A DNA stretch of 32,000 nt from Buchnera aphidicola (Eriosoma harunire) (GTDB taxonomy: Bacteria > Pseudomonadota > Gammaproteobacteria > Enterobacterales > Enterobacteriaceae): positions 595,316 to 627,315 of the forward strand of contig CP188086.1 of assembly GCA_049942765.1 (NCBI GenBank), given 5' to 3'. The position numbers and the translations under genes were made by a program. The notes beneath the pieces were generated by a model, which was not told the DNA's origin, ran no database searches, and was given only the letters and a program-made list of their open reading frames with translations. Position 1 is the stretch's first letter; each line of letters opens with the position of its first letter. Of the stretch, positions 9,347-20,503 are shown piece by piece.

Positions 9347-9531
9347 ATTTATAAATATTTTATATACGTATCTATTAATCTTTTAATTGTTAATTTTTAA
9401 TATGTTTTTTTTAATAAAAATACACTTTTTTTTATAGTAAAAATATCAATTTTTTAACGATTTGACATTTTTAAATAAAATGAGTTATATATATAATATG
9501 ATTCAATTTTAATAATATTAAATATAAAACT

Positions 9532-10272
9532 ATGACAAAACATACTCATATTCTAATGCGATTAAAAAGATTAGTTCCACAACATATAAAACCAAAATTT
9601 AGACATGAATCTGAATTATTATCTTGGAATCAAGAACAAGGTATAATATCTTCCAATTTTATTGTACAAGAAAACCGAGCTATAAAAATGGAAAAAATAT
9701 TAGGTAGATCGGGTATAAGAGAATTATATATTAATTGTTCATTTGATAATTATCGTATTCATCATGATGGTCATAAAAGAGTATTAAGATGTGCAGAAAA
9801 ATATGCTAAAAATTTTGATAAAAATATAGCTGGTTTTATTTTTTCTGGTAAACCTGGAACAGGAAAAAATCATTTAGCTTCAGCTATAGGAAATTATTTA
9901 ATACTACATGGAAAAAGTGTTTTAATTGTTACTGTAGCTGATCTTATGTCTAATATTAAAAGTACTTTTAATAATTTCAGTCATATTACTGAAGAAAAAT
10001 TATTAAATAGATTAAGTACAGTCGATTTGTTAATGATTGATGAAATTGGAATGCAAATTGAATCTCGATATGAAAAAATTATTATCAATCAAATTGTTGA
10101 TAGAAGATCTTCTTCCAAACGTGCTACTGGTATGCTAACAAATTTAAATTTTTCTAAAATGAAACAATTGTTAGGTGAAAGAGTTATTGATCGTATGCGT
10201 TTAGGTAATAGTTTGTGGTTAAATTTTGAATGGGATAGTTATCGAAAAAATATTACAGGTAATGAATTATAA
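9532..10272 (+). CDS. dnaC: Replicative helicase loader DnaC
   Basis: The 246-aa ORF is colinear with E. coli DnaC. Shared blocks are ENRAIKMEK, SGI, NCSF.NYR, FIFSGKPGTGKNHLA (Walker A), LLMIDEIG, IINQIVDRRSSSKR.TGMLTN and RMRLGNSLW..F.WDSYR. Confidence 0.9.
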   Translation: MTKHTHILMRLKRLVPQHIKPKFRHESELLSWNQEQGIISSNFIVQENRAIKMEKILGRSGIRELYINCSFDNYRIHHDGHKRVLRCAEKYAKNFDKNIAGFIFSGKPGTGKNHLASAIGNYLILHGKSVLIVTVADLMSNIKSTFNNFSHITEEKLLNRLSTVDLLMIDEIGMQIESRYEKIIINQIVDRRSSSKRATGMLTNLNFSKMKQLLGERVIDRMRLGNSLWLNFEWDSYRKNITGNEL

Positions 10273-10329
10273 TTTACATTATATTTTTATACATAATATT
10301 AAGTACAAATATTCACAAATTAATGAAAA

Positions 10330-10902
10330 TTAGTTATCAACTATTTTTTTAATTCTAGAAATATATTGAATTGTTCGAGTATCTATTTTTATGATATTAT
10401 TTATATTGATAAATAAAGGGACTTTAATTTTTATTCCATTAGTTAGTTCTGCAAATTTAAATCCATGGGTTACTGATTCTCCTTTAAAACTATTAGATGT
10501 TTTTACTACTTGTAATTCAATAAAATTATTAGGAACAACAGTAATAATTTGATTGTTCCATAATTTTACTAAATAAGATTTTTGTTCTGACAGCCACGGT
10601 AATATATTTGATATAATATTTATTTTTACAGTATATTCTTCACAATTTTTTTTATTTAAAAAATAACAATGGAAATTATCTTTATATAAATATAATAATT
10701 TCACATCAATAATATTTGCTTGTTCAAAAGATTCATTAGAACGAAAAGATCGATCAATTAATTGACCAGACAATAATTTTCTGATTTTTACTCGTATAAA
10801 TGCTTGTCCTTTTCCGGGTTTAAAAAATTCACTATTTTCAATATTACAAGGTTCATTTTCAAAAATAATTTTAGTACCAATTTTAAAATTTTTACTAAAC
10901 AT
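10330..10902 (-). CDS. efp: Translation elongation factor P
   Basis: The 190-aa ORF carries F.KPGKGQAF.RVK (the conserved modified-lysine loop), the LW.NQ...V.PNF.EL motif, and the KVPLF...IK.DTR...Y.SR tail. Confidence 0.95.
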   Translation of the reverse strand: MFSKNFKIGTKIIFENEPCNIENSEFFKPGKGQAFIRVKIRKLLSGQLIDRSFRSNESFEQANIIDVKLLYLYKDNFHCYFLNKKNCEEYTVKINIISNILPWLSEQKSYLVKLWNNQIITVVPNNFIELQVVKTSNSFKGESVTHGFKFAELTNGIKIKVPLFININNIIKIDTRTIQYISRIKKIVDN

Positions 10903-11400
10903 ATTATTACCTATATTATTTTTTTTAAATAAATACTGATAAAATATATAAGTAGAATATTAAATAAAAACATATAATTAAAATATAGATGTATTTAATT
11001 ATACTAAATCTTTAACTAGTCAGTATTATTTATTCATAATGTATTAATTAATATTTATTGATGTTCTTTAATGTTTTTTTAAAAACAATAAATTGTTAAA
11101 AAATTAATTTAACAAAAATTAAATTCTAACACACATACTGAATATATATATAATATATTTTATATAATATTCATTATATATTAATATTAAACAATTCTTA
11201 AAATTTATAAATATAATAAACAATGTTTATATATATTTATTTTTAAATATATAAAAAAATTAATAATTTTTTATATCTATTCTAAATAGATATTATCTAT
11301 TAATTATATTAAATTTCATTTGATAAAAAATACTTTATGTCAATATTTTTAATACAAACAACATTTAAATATTGTTTTTTAATTAATATTACAAAATTAC

Positions 11401-11431
11401 ATCTCCAGATTATGAAAAATAATCTGGAGAT
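11401..11431 (-). terminator. groESL intrinsic terminator
   Basis: A perfect 12-bp stem pairs ATCTCCAGATTA (11401-11412) with TAATCTGGAGAT (11420-11431) around a 7-nt loop. It lies 27 nt after the groEL stop. On the transcribed strand it is followed by GUAAUUUUGUAAUAUU. Confidence 0.6.
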
Positions 11432-11458
11432 TAATATCAAATATTCAAAAATATCATA

Positions 11459-13144
<1,686 letters not shown>

Positions 13145-13147
13145 TTA

Positions 13148-13438
13148 TTATTCAACAATTGCTAAAATGTCACTTTCAGTTAAAATTAATACTTCTTCAT
13201 GATCCATTTTCTCTGTTTTTGCACCATAACCTTCATTAAATATTACAACATCTCCTACTTTAACATCAAGTGGTTTAACATTTCCATTATCTAAAATACG
13301 ACCATTTCCTACTGCAATAACCGTTCCACGAGTAGATTTACTTGCAGCAGATCCTGTCAGTACAATACCACCAGCTGATTTCGATTCAGCTTCTTGTCTT
13401 TTAATAATAACACGATCATGTAATGGACGAATTTTCAT
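13148..13438 (-). CDS. groES: Co-chaperonin GroES (10 kDa)
   Basis: The 96-aa ORF starts [13 protein letters not shown] and has the mobile loop ..[12 protein letters not shown]. It lies immediately upstream of groEL, with a GGGGA Shine-Dalgarno sequence. Confidence 0.98.
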   Translation of the reverse strand: MKIRPLHDRVIIKRQEAESKSAGGIVLTGSAASKSTRGTVIAVGNGRILDNGNVKPLDVKVGDVVIFNEGYGAKTEKMDHEEVLILTESDILAIVE

Positions 13439-13527
13439 TTAATCATTCCCCTGTTAATAACTATATTCAATTGTTTTAATAAATTAATTATTATATATAT
13501 ATTAAAAACAACATTGCTCAATTTAAG

Positions 13528-13556
13528 ATATGAGGATCAATTTTATAACTTTCAAG
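13528..13556 (-). promoter_or_regulatory. Sigma32-type heat-shock promoter for groESL
   Basis: The minus strand reads CTTGAAA (13556-13550), a 14-nt spacer, then CCTCATAT (13535-13528). The E. coli sigma32 consensus is CTTGAAA-N13-15-CCCCATNT. The promoter lies about 90 nt upstream of the groES ATG. Confidence 0.6.
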
Positions 13557-13608
13557 TCTTATTTTTATTTTTTTTAAATTAAAATTTATTTTTTATTGAA
13601 TAAAAGAG

Positions 13609-13638
13609 TTGACTTTTATTGAAAACTAATGATTAAAT
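13609..13638 (+). promoter_or_regulatory. Possible sigma70 promoter for tRNA-Phe
   Basis: TTGACT at 13609-13614 is followed by TTAAAT at 13633-13638 with an 18-nt spacer, about 10 nt before the tRNA 5' end. AT-rich background makes -10-like hexamers common. Confidence 0.35.
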
Positions 13639-13647
13639 ATTAATATT

Positions 13648-13720
13648 GCCCGAATAGCTCAGTTGGTAGAGCAGGGGACTGAAAATCCCCGTGTCGGTGG
13701 TTCAATTCCGCCTTCGGGCA
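13648..13720 (+). tRNA. pheV: tRNA-Phe (anticodon GAA)
   Basis: GCCCGAATAGCTCAGTTGGTAGAGCAGGGGACTGAAAATCCCCGTGTCGGTGGTTCAATTCCGCCTTCGGGCA is near-identical to E. coli tRNA-Phe. The acceptor stem pairs GCCCGAA with TTCGGGC. The 3' flank is TTA, so CCA is not encoded. Confidence 0.95.
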
Positions 13721-13823
13721 TTACATATATAAAAATATTTTATATTAATAATAAAATATTGATATTTATAAAATAAATATTAAAAATAATAAATAAAATA
13801 TATAAATATTTAAGAAAAAATTA

Positions 13824-15185
13824 TCATTTACCTAAACAGAAAGTAGAAAAAATATTATCTAATAATTTTTCGTTGCTTACAGTACCTGTTATTTCTCCTA
13901 GTTTTTTTTGAACAATATTAATATCTTCTGCTAAGAGTTCTATATTTTGACATATCAACCAATTTTTTTTCGTTTTAGATAATATTTTATTAATTTGATG
14001 CAATTTATTCAAATGTCTTCTTCTAGCTAAAAATATTCCTTCAGTATCATTATGCATACCTAACAAAGTAATAAAATGTTGATTCAATTGATTAAATCCA
14101 TCTAAAGTTAGAGATGACACATATAATACTGGATATTGTTGATTTTCTAAAAAAGTATTCTTTCTTTTTAAAAGATCAGTTTTATTTATTAAAATAGTTA
14201 TTGAACAATTTTTTGGAAATAAATCAATATATTGTAAATATATTTTTTTCTGTTTAATGACAGAATCTGTTGCACTCATTACAAATATAATATGATCTGA
14301 TTTATTAATTTCTTGCCATGCTCGTTCAATTCCTATGGAATCAATTTCATCTTTAGTTTGATGTAATCCTGCAGTATCTACCAATTGAAATGTTACATTA
14401 TGAATGTTGATATATTCTTTTAAAGTATCTCTTGTGGTACCTTTAATATTAGTGACAATAGCAGTATTAGATCCACATAATGCATTAAATAAACTAGATT
14501 TTCCTACATTAGGTTCACCTGTAATAACAATTTTAATTTTTTCTCTGAATATACTACCTCTTTTACTTTTTAATTCAATATTTTTGCAATGATTTAGAAT
14601 ATCATTTAAAATATTAACAATGTGATCTTGCGAAAAATTATTTTCTTCCAATTCAATAAAATTAATAGACCCTTCAATCTCTACTTGAAGTGTTGTAATT
14701 TTTTGCATTAAATTATTAATTTCTTTAGAAAATATTCCAGTTAATGATTCTAATGATAATTGAGCAGCTTTTTCTGAAGTTGCATGAATTAAATCAGCAA
14801 TAGCTTCTGCTTGAATCAGATCTAATTTATTATTTAGAAAAGCTCTTTCTGAAAATTCTCCAGGATTAGCTATTCGTACTCCAGGTATAGAAATAATATT
14901 TTTTATTAATAAATCTAATACGATAGGACTACCATGTCCTTGTAATTCTAGTACATCTTCTCCAGTAAAAGAGTTTGGAGCAGGAAACCAAATAGCAATA
15001 CCATGATCTAAAACATTGTTATTTTGATTTTTAAATAATGAAAAAGTTGCATATCTAGGAATAGGTATTTTTCCTAATATGATTTTTGTTAACATACGGG
15101 TTTTTGATCCGGATATTCTTAAAATTCCTACACTACTTATACCAATTGGTGTAGCTTGAGCAACAATAGTATCTTGTGATGTCAT
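13824..15185 (-). CDS. mnmE: tRNA modification GTPase MnmE (TrmE/ThdF)
   Basis: The 453-aa ORF starts with DTIVAQATP.G and carries the G-domain motifs GEPNVGKSSLFNAL, DTAG and NK.D, plus the C-terminal CLGK. Confidence 0.95.
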   Translation of the reverse strand: MTSQDTIVAQATPIGISSVGILRISGSKTRMLTKIILGKIPIPRYATFSLFKNQNNNVLDHGIAIWFPAPNSFTGEDVLELQGHGSPIVLDLLIKNIISIPGVRIANPGEFSERAFLNNKLDLIQAEAIADLIHATSEKAAQLSLESLTGIFSKEINNLMQKITTLQVEIEGSINFIELEENNFSQDHIVNILNDILNHCKNIELKSKRGSIFREKIKIVITGEPNVGKSSLFNALCGSNTAIVTNIKGTTRDTLKEYINIHNVTFQLVDTAGLHQTKDEIDSIGIERAWQEINKSDHIIFVMSATDSVIKQKKIYLQYIDLFPKNCSITILINKTDLLKRKNTFLENQQYPVLYVSSLTLDGFNQLNQHFITLLGMHNDTEGIFLARRRHLNKLHQINKILSKTKKNWLICQNIELLAEDINIVQKKLGEITGTVSNEKLLDNIFSTFCLGK

Positions 15186-15279
15186 ATATTATCTTTTTTC
15201 ATATTAAAAATTAAATTTTTTAGTTTGATATTTCATGACTATATTTTGTATAAAATATAAATTTATTGTAATAATTGAA

Positions 15280-16914
15280 TTAATTTTTGATGATATTATC
15301 ATTTATTAATTTTTGATGAATAATCTTTTGCTGAATAATAGTCATTAAATTATTTATTATATAATATAATACTAAACCAGAAGGAAACCATAAAAAAAAT
15401 ATCATAAAAACAATTGGAGTTATATACATAATTTGTTTTTGTAAAGGATTATCTACAGTGTTAGGAGAAATTTGTTGTAATAGAAACATAGTGATTCCCA
15501 TAAATATAGGTAAAATATAATATGGATCTTGAGCTGATAAATCATGTATCCAAAAAATAAATGGTGCGTGTCTTAGTTCTACTGAATTACTTAACATATA
15601 ATATAAAGCTAAAAAAATGGGCATTTGAATTAATAATGGAAGAAATCCTTTTAATGGATTAACTTGTTCATGTTTGTATAATGCAATTATTTCTTGATTT
15701 ATTTTTCTATTATCTGTTTTATAACGTTCTTTAATTAAATTGATTTTAGGTTGCAATTGTTTCATTTTTATCATAGACACATATTGTGCTTTAGTTAAAG
15801 GAAACATAATTAATTTAATTAATATTGTAATCAATATAATTGCATAACCCCAATTTCCAATTAAATAATAAAAAAATCTTAACAATTTAAACATTGGTTG
15901 TGATAACCACCAAAACATTCCATAATCAATAGTAAAATTTAAAGTAGGAGATATAAAACTCATATTATCTTGTATTTTTGGACCTAACCATAATTTAGAT
16001 TGAAAACTATAATTAGAATAAGGTAATATATTTATTGATACAGACTTATAACCTATAGTTGCTATAGAATTTTGATTGGAAACTGATGTATAAAACGTAT
16101 TAATTATAGGTGATATAGGTATCCACGCTGAAATAAAATATTGTTGAACCATTGCAATCCAACCATCGGATACTGTTGATAGTATTTGATTTTGTTTACT
16201 AACTGAATTTAAATTATATTTAACATATTTATCATGATCACTAGAATAAGCAATACCTCTATCTGAAGATAGAAAAATATTTGAATTATTATTTTTTTTA
16301 ATATTTTTAGGAATATGAATTGTTTGTTTAAATTGTCCAAACATAGCAATATTTAAATTTTTATTAGTATTGTTTATAATTTTATGTTCTATATCTAAAC
16401 TATATTGACCTGATTTTAAAGTAAATATTTTAATATATTTTGTACCTAAAGAATCTGACCAAATAAAGGGTATTGACATTTTTTTTTCTGTAAGTTTCAT
16501 ACGAAAGTTATGATTAGATACATGATAATATGGTCTATGATTTAAATTAATCTGATCAGGTCCATCTTTACCTGATATTCCACTTTGAGCTTGATAAATA
16601 AATTCAGGTGTAGTATTCAATAAATGTAAATATATGGGGGATTGAAGTGTATTTTTATATTTTAACAAAATTACTTTATCTATATCTCCTCCATATGGAT
16701 TTATAATAATAGACATAACATCATTACTTATCATTACATGTTCTTGATTGACAACATTGTGTTTTAATGAATGTATTGTTGTATCTTGATTATTTATAGA
16801 GTGAGTATATGGATATTGTTCATTTTGATATGGTTTCCATAAGATAAAAGCAGTGCATATACAAAATAAAATAAAAAAAATTCGTTGAAATACATTCATT
16901 ATTGAACATCTCAT
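15280..16914 (-). CDS. yidC: Membrane protein insertase YidC
   Basis: The 544-aa ORF has an N-terminal transmembrane segment, a large periplasmic domain, and a conserved C-terminal core (..WGYAIILITILIK...PLT.AQY.SM.KM..LQPK...). The true start may be the Met at 16899 (MNVFQR..). Confidence 0.95.
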   Translation of the reverse strand: MRCSIMNVFQRIFFILFCICTAFILWKPYQNEQYPYTHSINNQDTTIHSLKHNVVNQEHVMISNDVMSIIINPYGGDIDKVILLKYKNTLQSPIYLHLLNTTPEFIYQAQSGISGKDGPDQINLNHRPYYHVSNHNFRMKLTEKKMSIPFIWSDSLGTKYIKIFTLKSGQYSLDIEHKIINNTNKNLNIAMFGQFKQTIHIPKNIKKNNNSNIFLSSDRGIAYSSDHDKYVKYNLNSVSKQNQILSTVSDGWIAMVQQYFISAWIPISPIINTFYTSVSNQNSIATIGYKSVSINILPYSNYSFQSKLWLGPKIQDNMSFISPTLNFTIDYGMFWWLSQPMFKLLRFFYYLIGNWGYAIILITILIKLIMFPLTKAQYVSMIKMKQLQPKINLIKERYKTDNRKINQEIIALYKHEQVNPLKGFLPLLIQMPIFLALYYMLSNSVELRHAPFIFWIHDLSAQDPYYILPIFMGITMFLLQQISPNTVDNPLQKQIMYITPIVFMIFFLWFPSGLVLYYIINNLMTIIQQKIIHQKLINDNIIKN

Positions 16915-17105
16915 TTATATTGATATATTTAATAATATATATAGATATTATTTGTTAATTGATTTTATTAATATACAAAGATATATAGTTAATAACTGAA
17001 TTTAGATATAGCATTATTTATGCTAAATCAATAATGATAAAAATGTTTATTTTTTTGTTAATAATTATTAATTTTTTTAGGATTATTATAAATAATTATA
17101 TAATA

Positions 17106-17462
17106 TTATCGATAATATCGATACCATAAATATTTTAATACAGAAACTAATTTATTATTATTAGATACAGCTGAATCTTTTTTAGCTAAAATAACAAAAT
17201 CCATTAATAATAGTTTGTGTTGTAATAAACGAAATGTTTCTCTTATTAATCTTTTAATACGATTTCTTAAATAAGATTTTTTAATGTTTTTTTTAGATAC
17301 AATTAGACCTATACGTGGATATGGTAAATTATTATTACGAGCTAATATCATGAATTCTTTACTATCAGTTTTATTGTTCTTATTAAATACATAATCATAA
17401 TTTTTATATTTTAACAATCTTGATTTTTTTTTAAAAAAATATCTATGAGTAAATTCTGTCAT
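17106..17462 (-). CDS. rnpA: RNase P protein component
   Basis: The 118-aa basic ORF carries PRIGLIVSKKN.K....RNRIKRL.RE.FRL.QH.L...DFV..AKK, matching the E. coli RnpA RNR motif region. It lies downstream of rpmH, as in the conserved rpmH-rnpA operon. Confidence 0.9.
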   Translation of the reverse strand: MTEFTHRYFFKKKSRLLKYKNYDYVFNKNNKTDSKEFMILARNNNLPYPRIGLIVSKKNIKKSYLRNRIKRLIRETFRLLQHKLLLMDFVILAKKDSAVSNNNKLVSVLKYLWYRYYR

Positions 17463-17605
17463 TATTTAATTGATACAGTTAGTTTTAAACGTAATTTTTC
17501 TCTTCTTTTAGATAAAATATGACGACCGCTTTTTGTAGACATACGGGAACGAAAACCATGTCTACGACATTTTTTTATAATTGATGGTTGGAATGTTCTT
17601 TTCAT
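17462..17605 (-). CDS. rpmH: 50S ribosomal protein L34 (not in the supplied ORF track)
   Basis: The minus-strand [50 protein letters not shown] (47 aa) compares with E. coli L34 [45 protein letters not shown]. Its stop overlaps the rnpA ATG (TAATG). Confidence 0.9.
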   Translation of the reverse strand: MKRTFQPSIIKKCRRHGFRSRMSTKSGRHILSKRREKLRLKLTVSIK

Positions 17606-18016
17606 AATATTTTCCTAGAATAAATAAAAAATAAATATATGTTATTAAAATGAAAATTTTAATTTTAGTTTTTAAATTATATAAAAAATTAATGCTATAT
17701 GTTTTTTAATATAAAATACATATTTTAATTTATTTTTAATATTTACAATAAATAATTGTTTGAAAATTGAATTACTTAACAATGTTCTTTATATTTTTTT
17801 TCATTAATAATGAACGTACATTTAAATATTACAATAATATGTATTTATTATCATATTATCTATATAAAGATAAGTTATATTTAATATTTAATTATTTTTT
17901 ATATAATACTTATTGAATATTTCATATTTGTTGTATAAATATTTTTTATAAAAATTTTTAAATATTTTTATGTTAATTTATAATTTTATATTAATGTTAT
18001 TAATATAAGGATTATT

Positions 18017-19368
18017 ATGTCATTGTCAATTTGGCAGTATTTTCTTTCTTTGTTACAAAATAAATTATCACCTATAGAATATAGTATATGGATTCGTCCA
18101 TTAAAAGTTCAATGTTTAGATAATAATGTTTTAGAATTATCAGCTCCTAATCAATTTGTATTAGATCGAGTAAAAAATAAATATATTTCTAATTACTATC
18201 CATTAATTAGTAATCATTTTGGACCTCATTGTCCAAAATTAAAAATTACAGTCAATAAAAAATTACAAGAAATTAATCAAAAATCATTTATAATAAAAAA
18301 AAAAAAAAAATAATTATTACAAATAATTCTATGTCTCCATTAAATTATAATAATTATTTAAAATTTCATTTTAATAAAAGTCATAATTTTGAAAATTTTA
18401 TTGAAGGTAAATCAAATCAATTAGCACGATCTGTAACATTTAAAATAGCTAATAATACTACAATTAGACGATATCTAATTTTATTATATGGAAATTCAGG
18501 ATTAGGTAAAACGCATTTATTGCATGCTGTAGGTAATTGTATTTTTATTAATAAAAAAAATGCAAAAGTAATATATATAGATTGTAAATTATTTTTAAAA
18601 AAATCAATGAATATATTAGAATCTAATTCTATTGAAGTATTAAAAAATTATTATAGTTCAATAGATGCATGTTTAATTGATAATATTCATTATTTTCAAT
18701 ATGCTAAAAAAAATCAAACATTGTTATTTAACACATTGCCGATGTTATTAAAAAATAGTCAACAAATAATTGCAACTTCAAATTGTTATCCTAAACATAT
18801 AATTGGTTTAGAAGATGTATTTAAATCGCAATTAAAATGGAGTATAGTAATAGAAATACATCCTCCTGAATTGCATACTAGAATATCTATTCTTATAAAA
18901 AAAGCAAACGAATATAAAATACTTTTATCTACTAAAATTGCTTATTTAATTGCTACAAAATTTAAATCAAATATTAAAGATTTAGAAAATATATTACATG
19001 AAATTATTTTTCATTCCAATATTACTAATCAAAAAATTACAATAAATTTTGTAAATGAAATACTAAATGATTGTAAAAGGGAAAAAATTAACATATCTGT
19101 CATACAACAAATAGTAGCACAATATTATCAAATAAAAATTACTGATTTATTGTCATCTAGTAGATTACGTTCAATAGTTAGACCTAGACAAATAGCAATG
19201 AGTATTTCAAAAACTATGACTAATCACAGTTTATCTGAAATAGGATATGCTTTTGGAAAACGTGATCATACAACAGTTTTACATGCATGTAAAACAATAC
19301 AAATATTAAAAAAACAAAAAACTATCTATGATGATTGGTGTAATATCATTAAAAAACTATCAGTGTAA
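18017..19368 (+). CDS. dnaA: Chromosomal replication initiator DnaA, with the reading frame interrupted inside an A16 tract (ORFs 18017-18313 and 18331-19368)
   Basis: ORF1 is domain I (MSLSIWQ..L...L...EYS.WIRPL, as in E. coli MSLSLWQQCL..). ORF2 covers domains III-IV (FENFIEGKSNQLA, GNSGLGKTHLLHAVGN, RPRQIAM, DHTTVLHAC). The frame of ORF2 is open back into the A16 tract at 18295-18310, so one extra A fuses the two parts. Confidence 0.9.
18295..18310 (+). repeat. A16 homopolymer at the dnaA frameshift site (domain I/II boundary)
   Basis: Counted directly from the sequence (18295-18310). Confidence 0.9.
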
Positions 19369-19372
19369 TTTT

Positions 19373-20485
19373 ATGAATTTTACTATAGAAAAACAAGTAT
19401 TATTGCAATATTTGCAAAAAATAAGTGTTATTTTAAATAAAAACCTTCATTTACCAATTTTGAATAACATTTTATTAAATGTTCAACATGGTTTTATATC
19501 ACTTACTACTACGAACATAGATATAGAAATCACAGTTAAAATTGCATTAACTAAGCCACATTCTATAGGAATAATAACAGTTCCTTGTAGAAAATTTTTA
19601 CAAATATGTCGTTTATTGCCTTCTGAATCTATTATAAATATTTATTTAGATGTTAATAAAATAATAATAAAATCATTTAATGTTATATTTTCTTTATGTA
19701 CATTATCAAGCAACACATTTCCTTTATTTCCTAAAACTTTTAAAAACAGTCAAATTTCATTTTCAATACCAGAAAAAATATTCAAATATATGATTGAAGC
19801 AACTTATTTTTGTATGGCTAAACAAGATATTAGGTTATTTTTAAATGGTATGTTATTTGAAATCAATGATAATATAATTCGAACAATTTCAACCGATGGA
19901 TACAGATTAGCTATTTGTAATCTTCCATTTAATAATTCTATACCATCATTTTCAGTAATTATTGCTAGACAAAGTATTATAGAATTAAATAAAATATTGA
20001 GTTTTAAAACAGATTTATTAAATATTTTTATAAATAATCAACACATTATTATTCAAACACAAAATTTAACCTTTATTACTAAATTAATTGATGAAAAATT
20101 TCCTAATTGTTCTTCTGTTCTAGATATTGATAACAATAAAGTTATTGAAATTAATACTAAAAATTTAAAAAATGCATTATTGAGAATTTCTATTCTATGT
20201 AATGAACAATATAAAGGTATAACCTTTAATATTTATCATAAAAAAATTCAAGTTATAAGTAATAATCAAGAAGATGAATATGCTGAAGAAATTATTGATT
20301 TACATTATGAAAATAATATAAATAAATTAAAATTTTCTTGTAATGTACATTATATAATAGCAATATTAAATGTCATTAAAGGTGATTATGTTCGATTTAT
20401 ATTAAATAACCCAATTTCTCATATTACAATTGAAGATACAATTAAAACTTTTGCTAAATATATTGTTATGCCATTACATATATAA
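19373..20485 (+). CDS. dnaN: DNA polymerase III beta sliding clamp
   Basis: The protein starts MNFTIEKQVLL.. (E. coli MKFTVEREHLL). The track ORF start at 19328 overlaps the dnaA 3' end and is an upstream in-frame extension. The ATG at 19373 lies 4 nt after the dnaA stop. Confidence 0.92.
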   Translation: MNFTIEKQVLLQYLQKISVILNKNLHLPILNNILLNVQHGFISLTTTNIDIEITVKIALTKPHSIGIITVPCRKFLQICRLLPSESIINIYLDVNKIIIKSFNVIFSLCTLSSNTFPLFPKTFKNSQISFSIPEKIFKYMIEATYFCMAKQDIRLFLNGMLFEINDNIIRTISTDGYRLAICNLPFNNSIPSFSVIIARQSIIELNKILSFKTDLLNIFINNQHIIIQTQNLTFITKLIDEKFPNCSSVLDIDNNKVIEINTKNLKNALLRISILCNEQYKGITFNIYHKKIQVISNNQEDEYAEEIIDLHYENNINKLKFSCNVHYIIAILNVIKGDYVRFILNNPISHITIEDTIKTFAKYIVMPLHI

Positions 20486-20503
20486 AATATCTTATTTTAA
20501 TAT

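Noticed and set aside
17606-18016. I searched the rpmH-dnaA intergenic region for DnaA boxes (TTATCCACA or TTWTNCACA) and for an origin-like structure.
   Set aside because: I found no match better than two mismatches by eye (for example TTATCTATA). The region is almost pure A/T, so AT-rich 'unwinding element' arguments carry no information.
19328-19372. An upstream extension of dnaN (MMIGVISLKNYQCNF..) that overlaps the dnaA 3' end.
   Set aside because: Homology to DnaN begins at MNFTIEK (ATG at 19373). The extension is an in-frame read-through of dnaA coding sequence.
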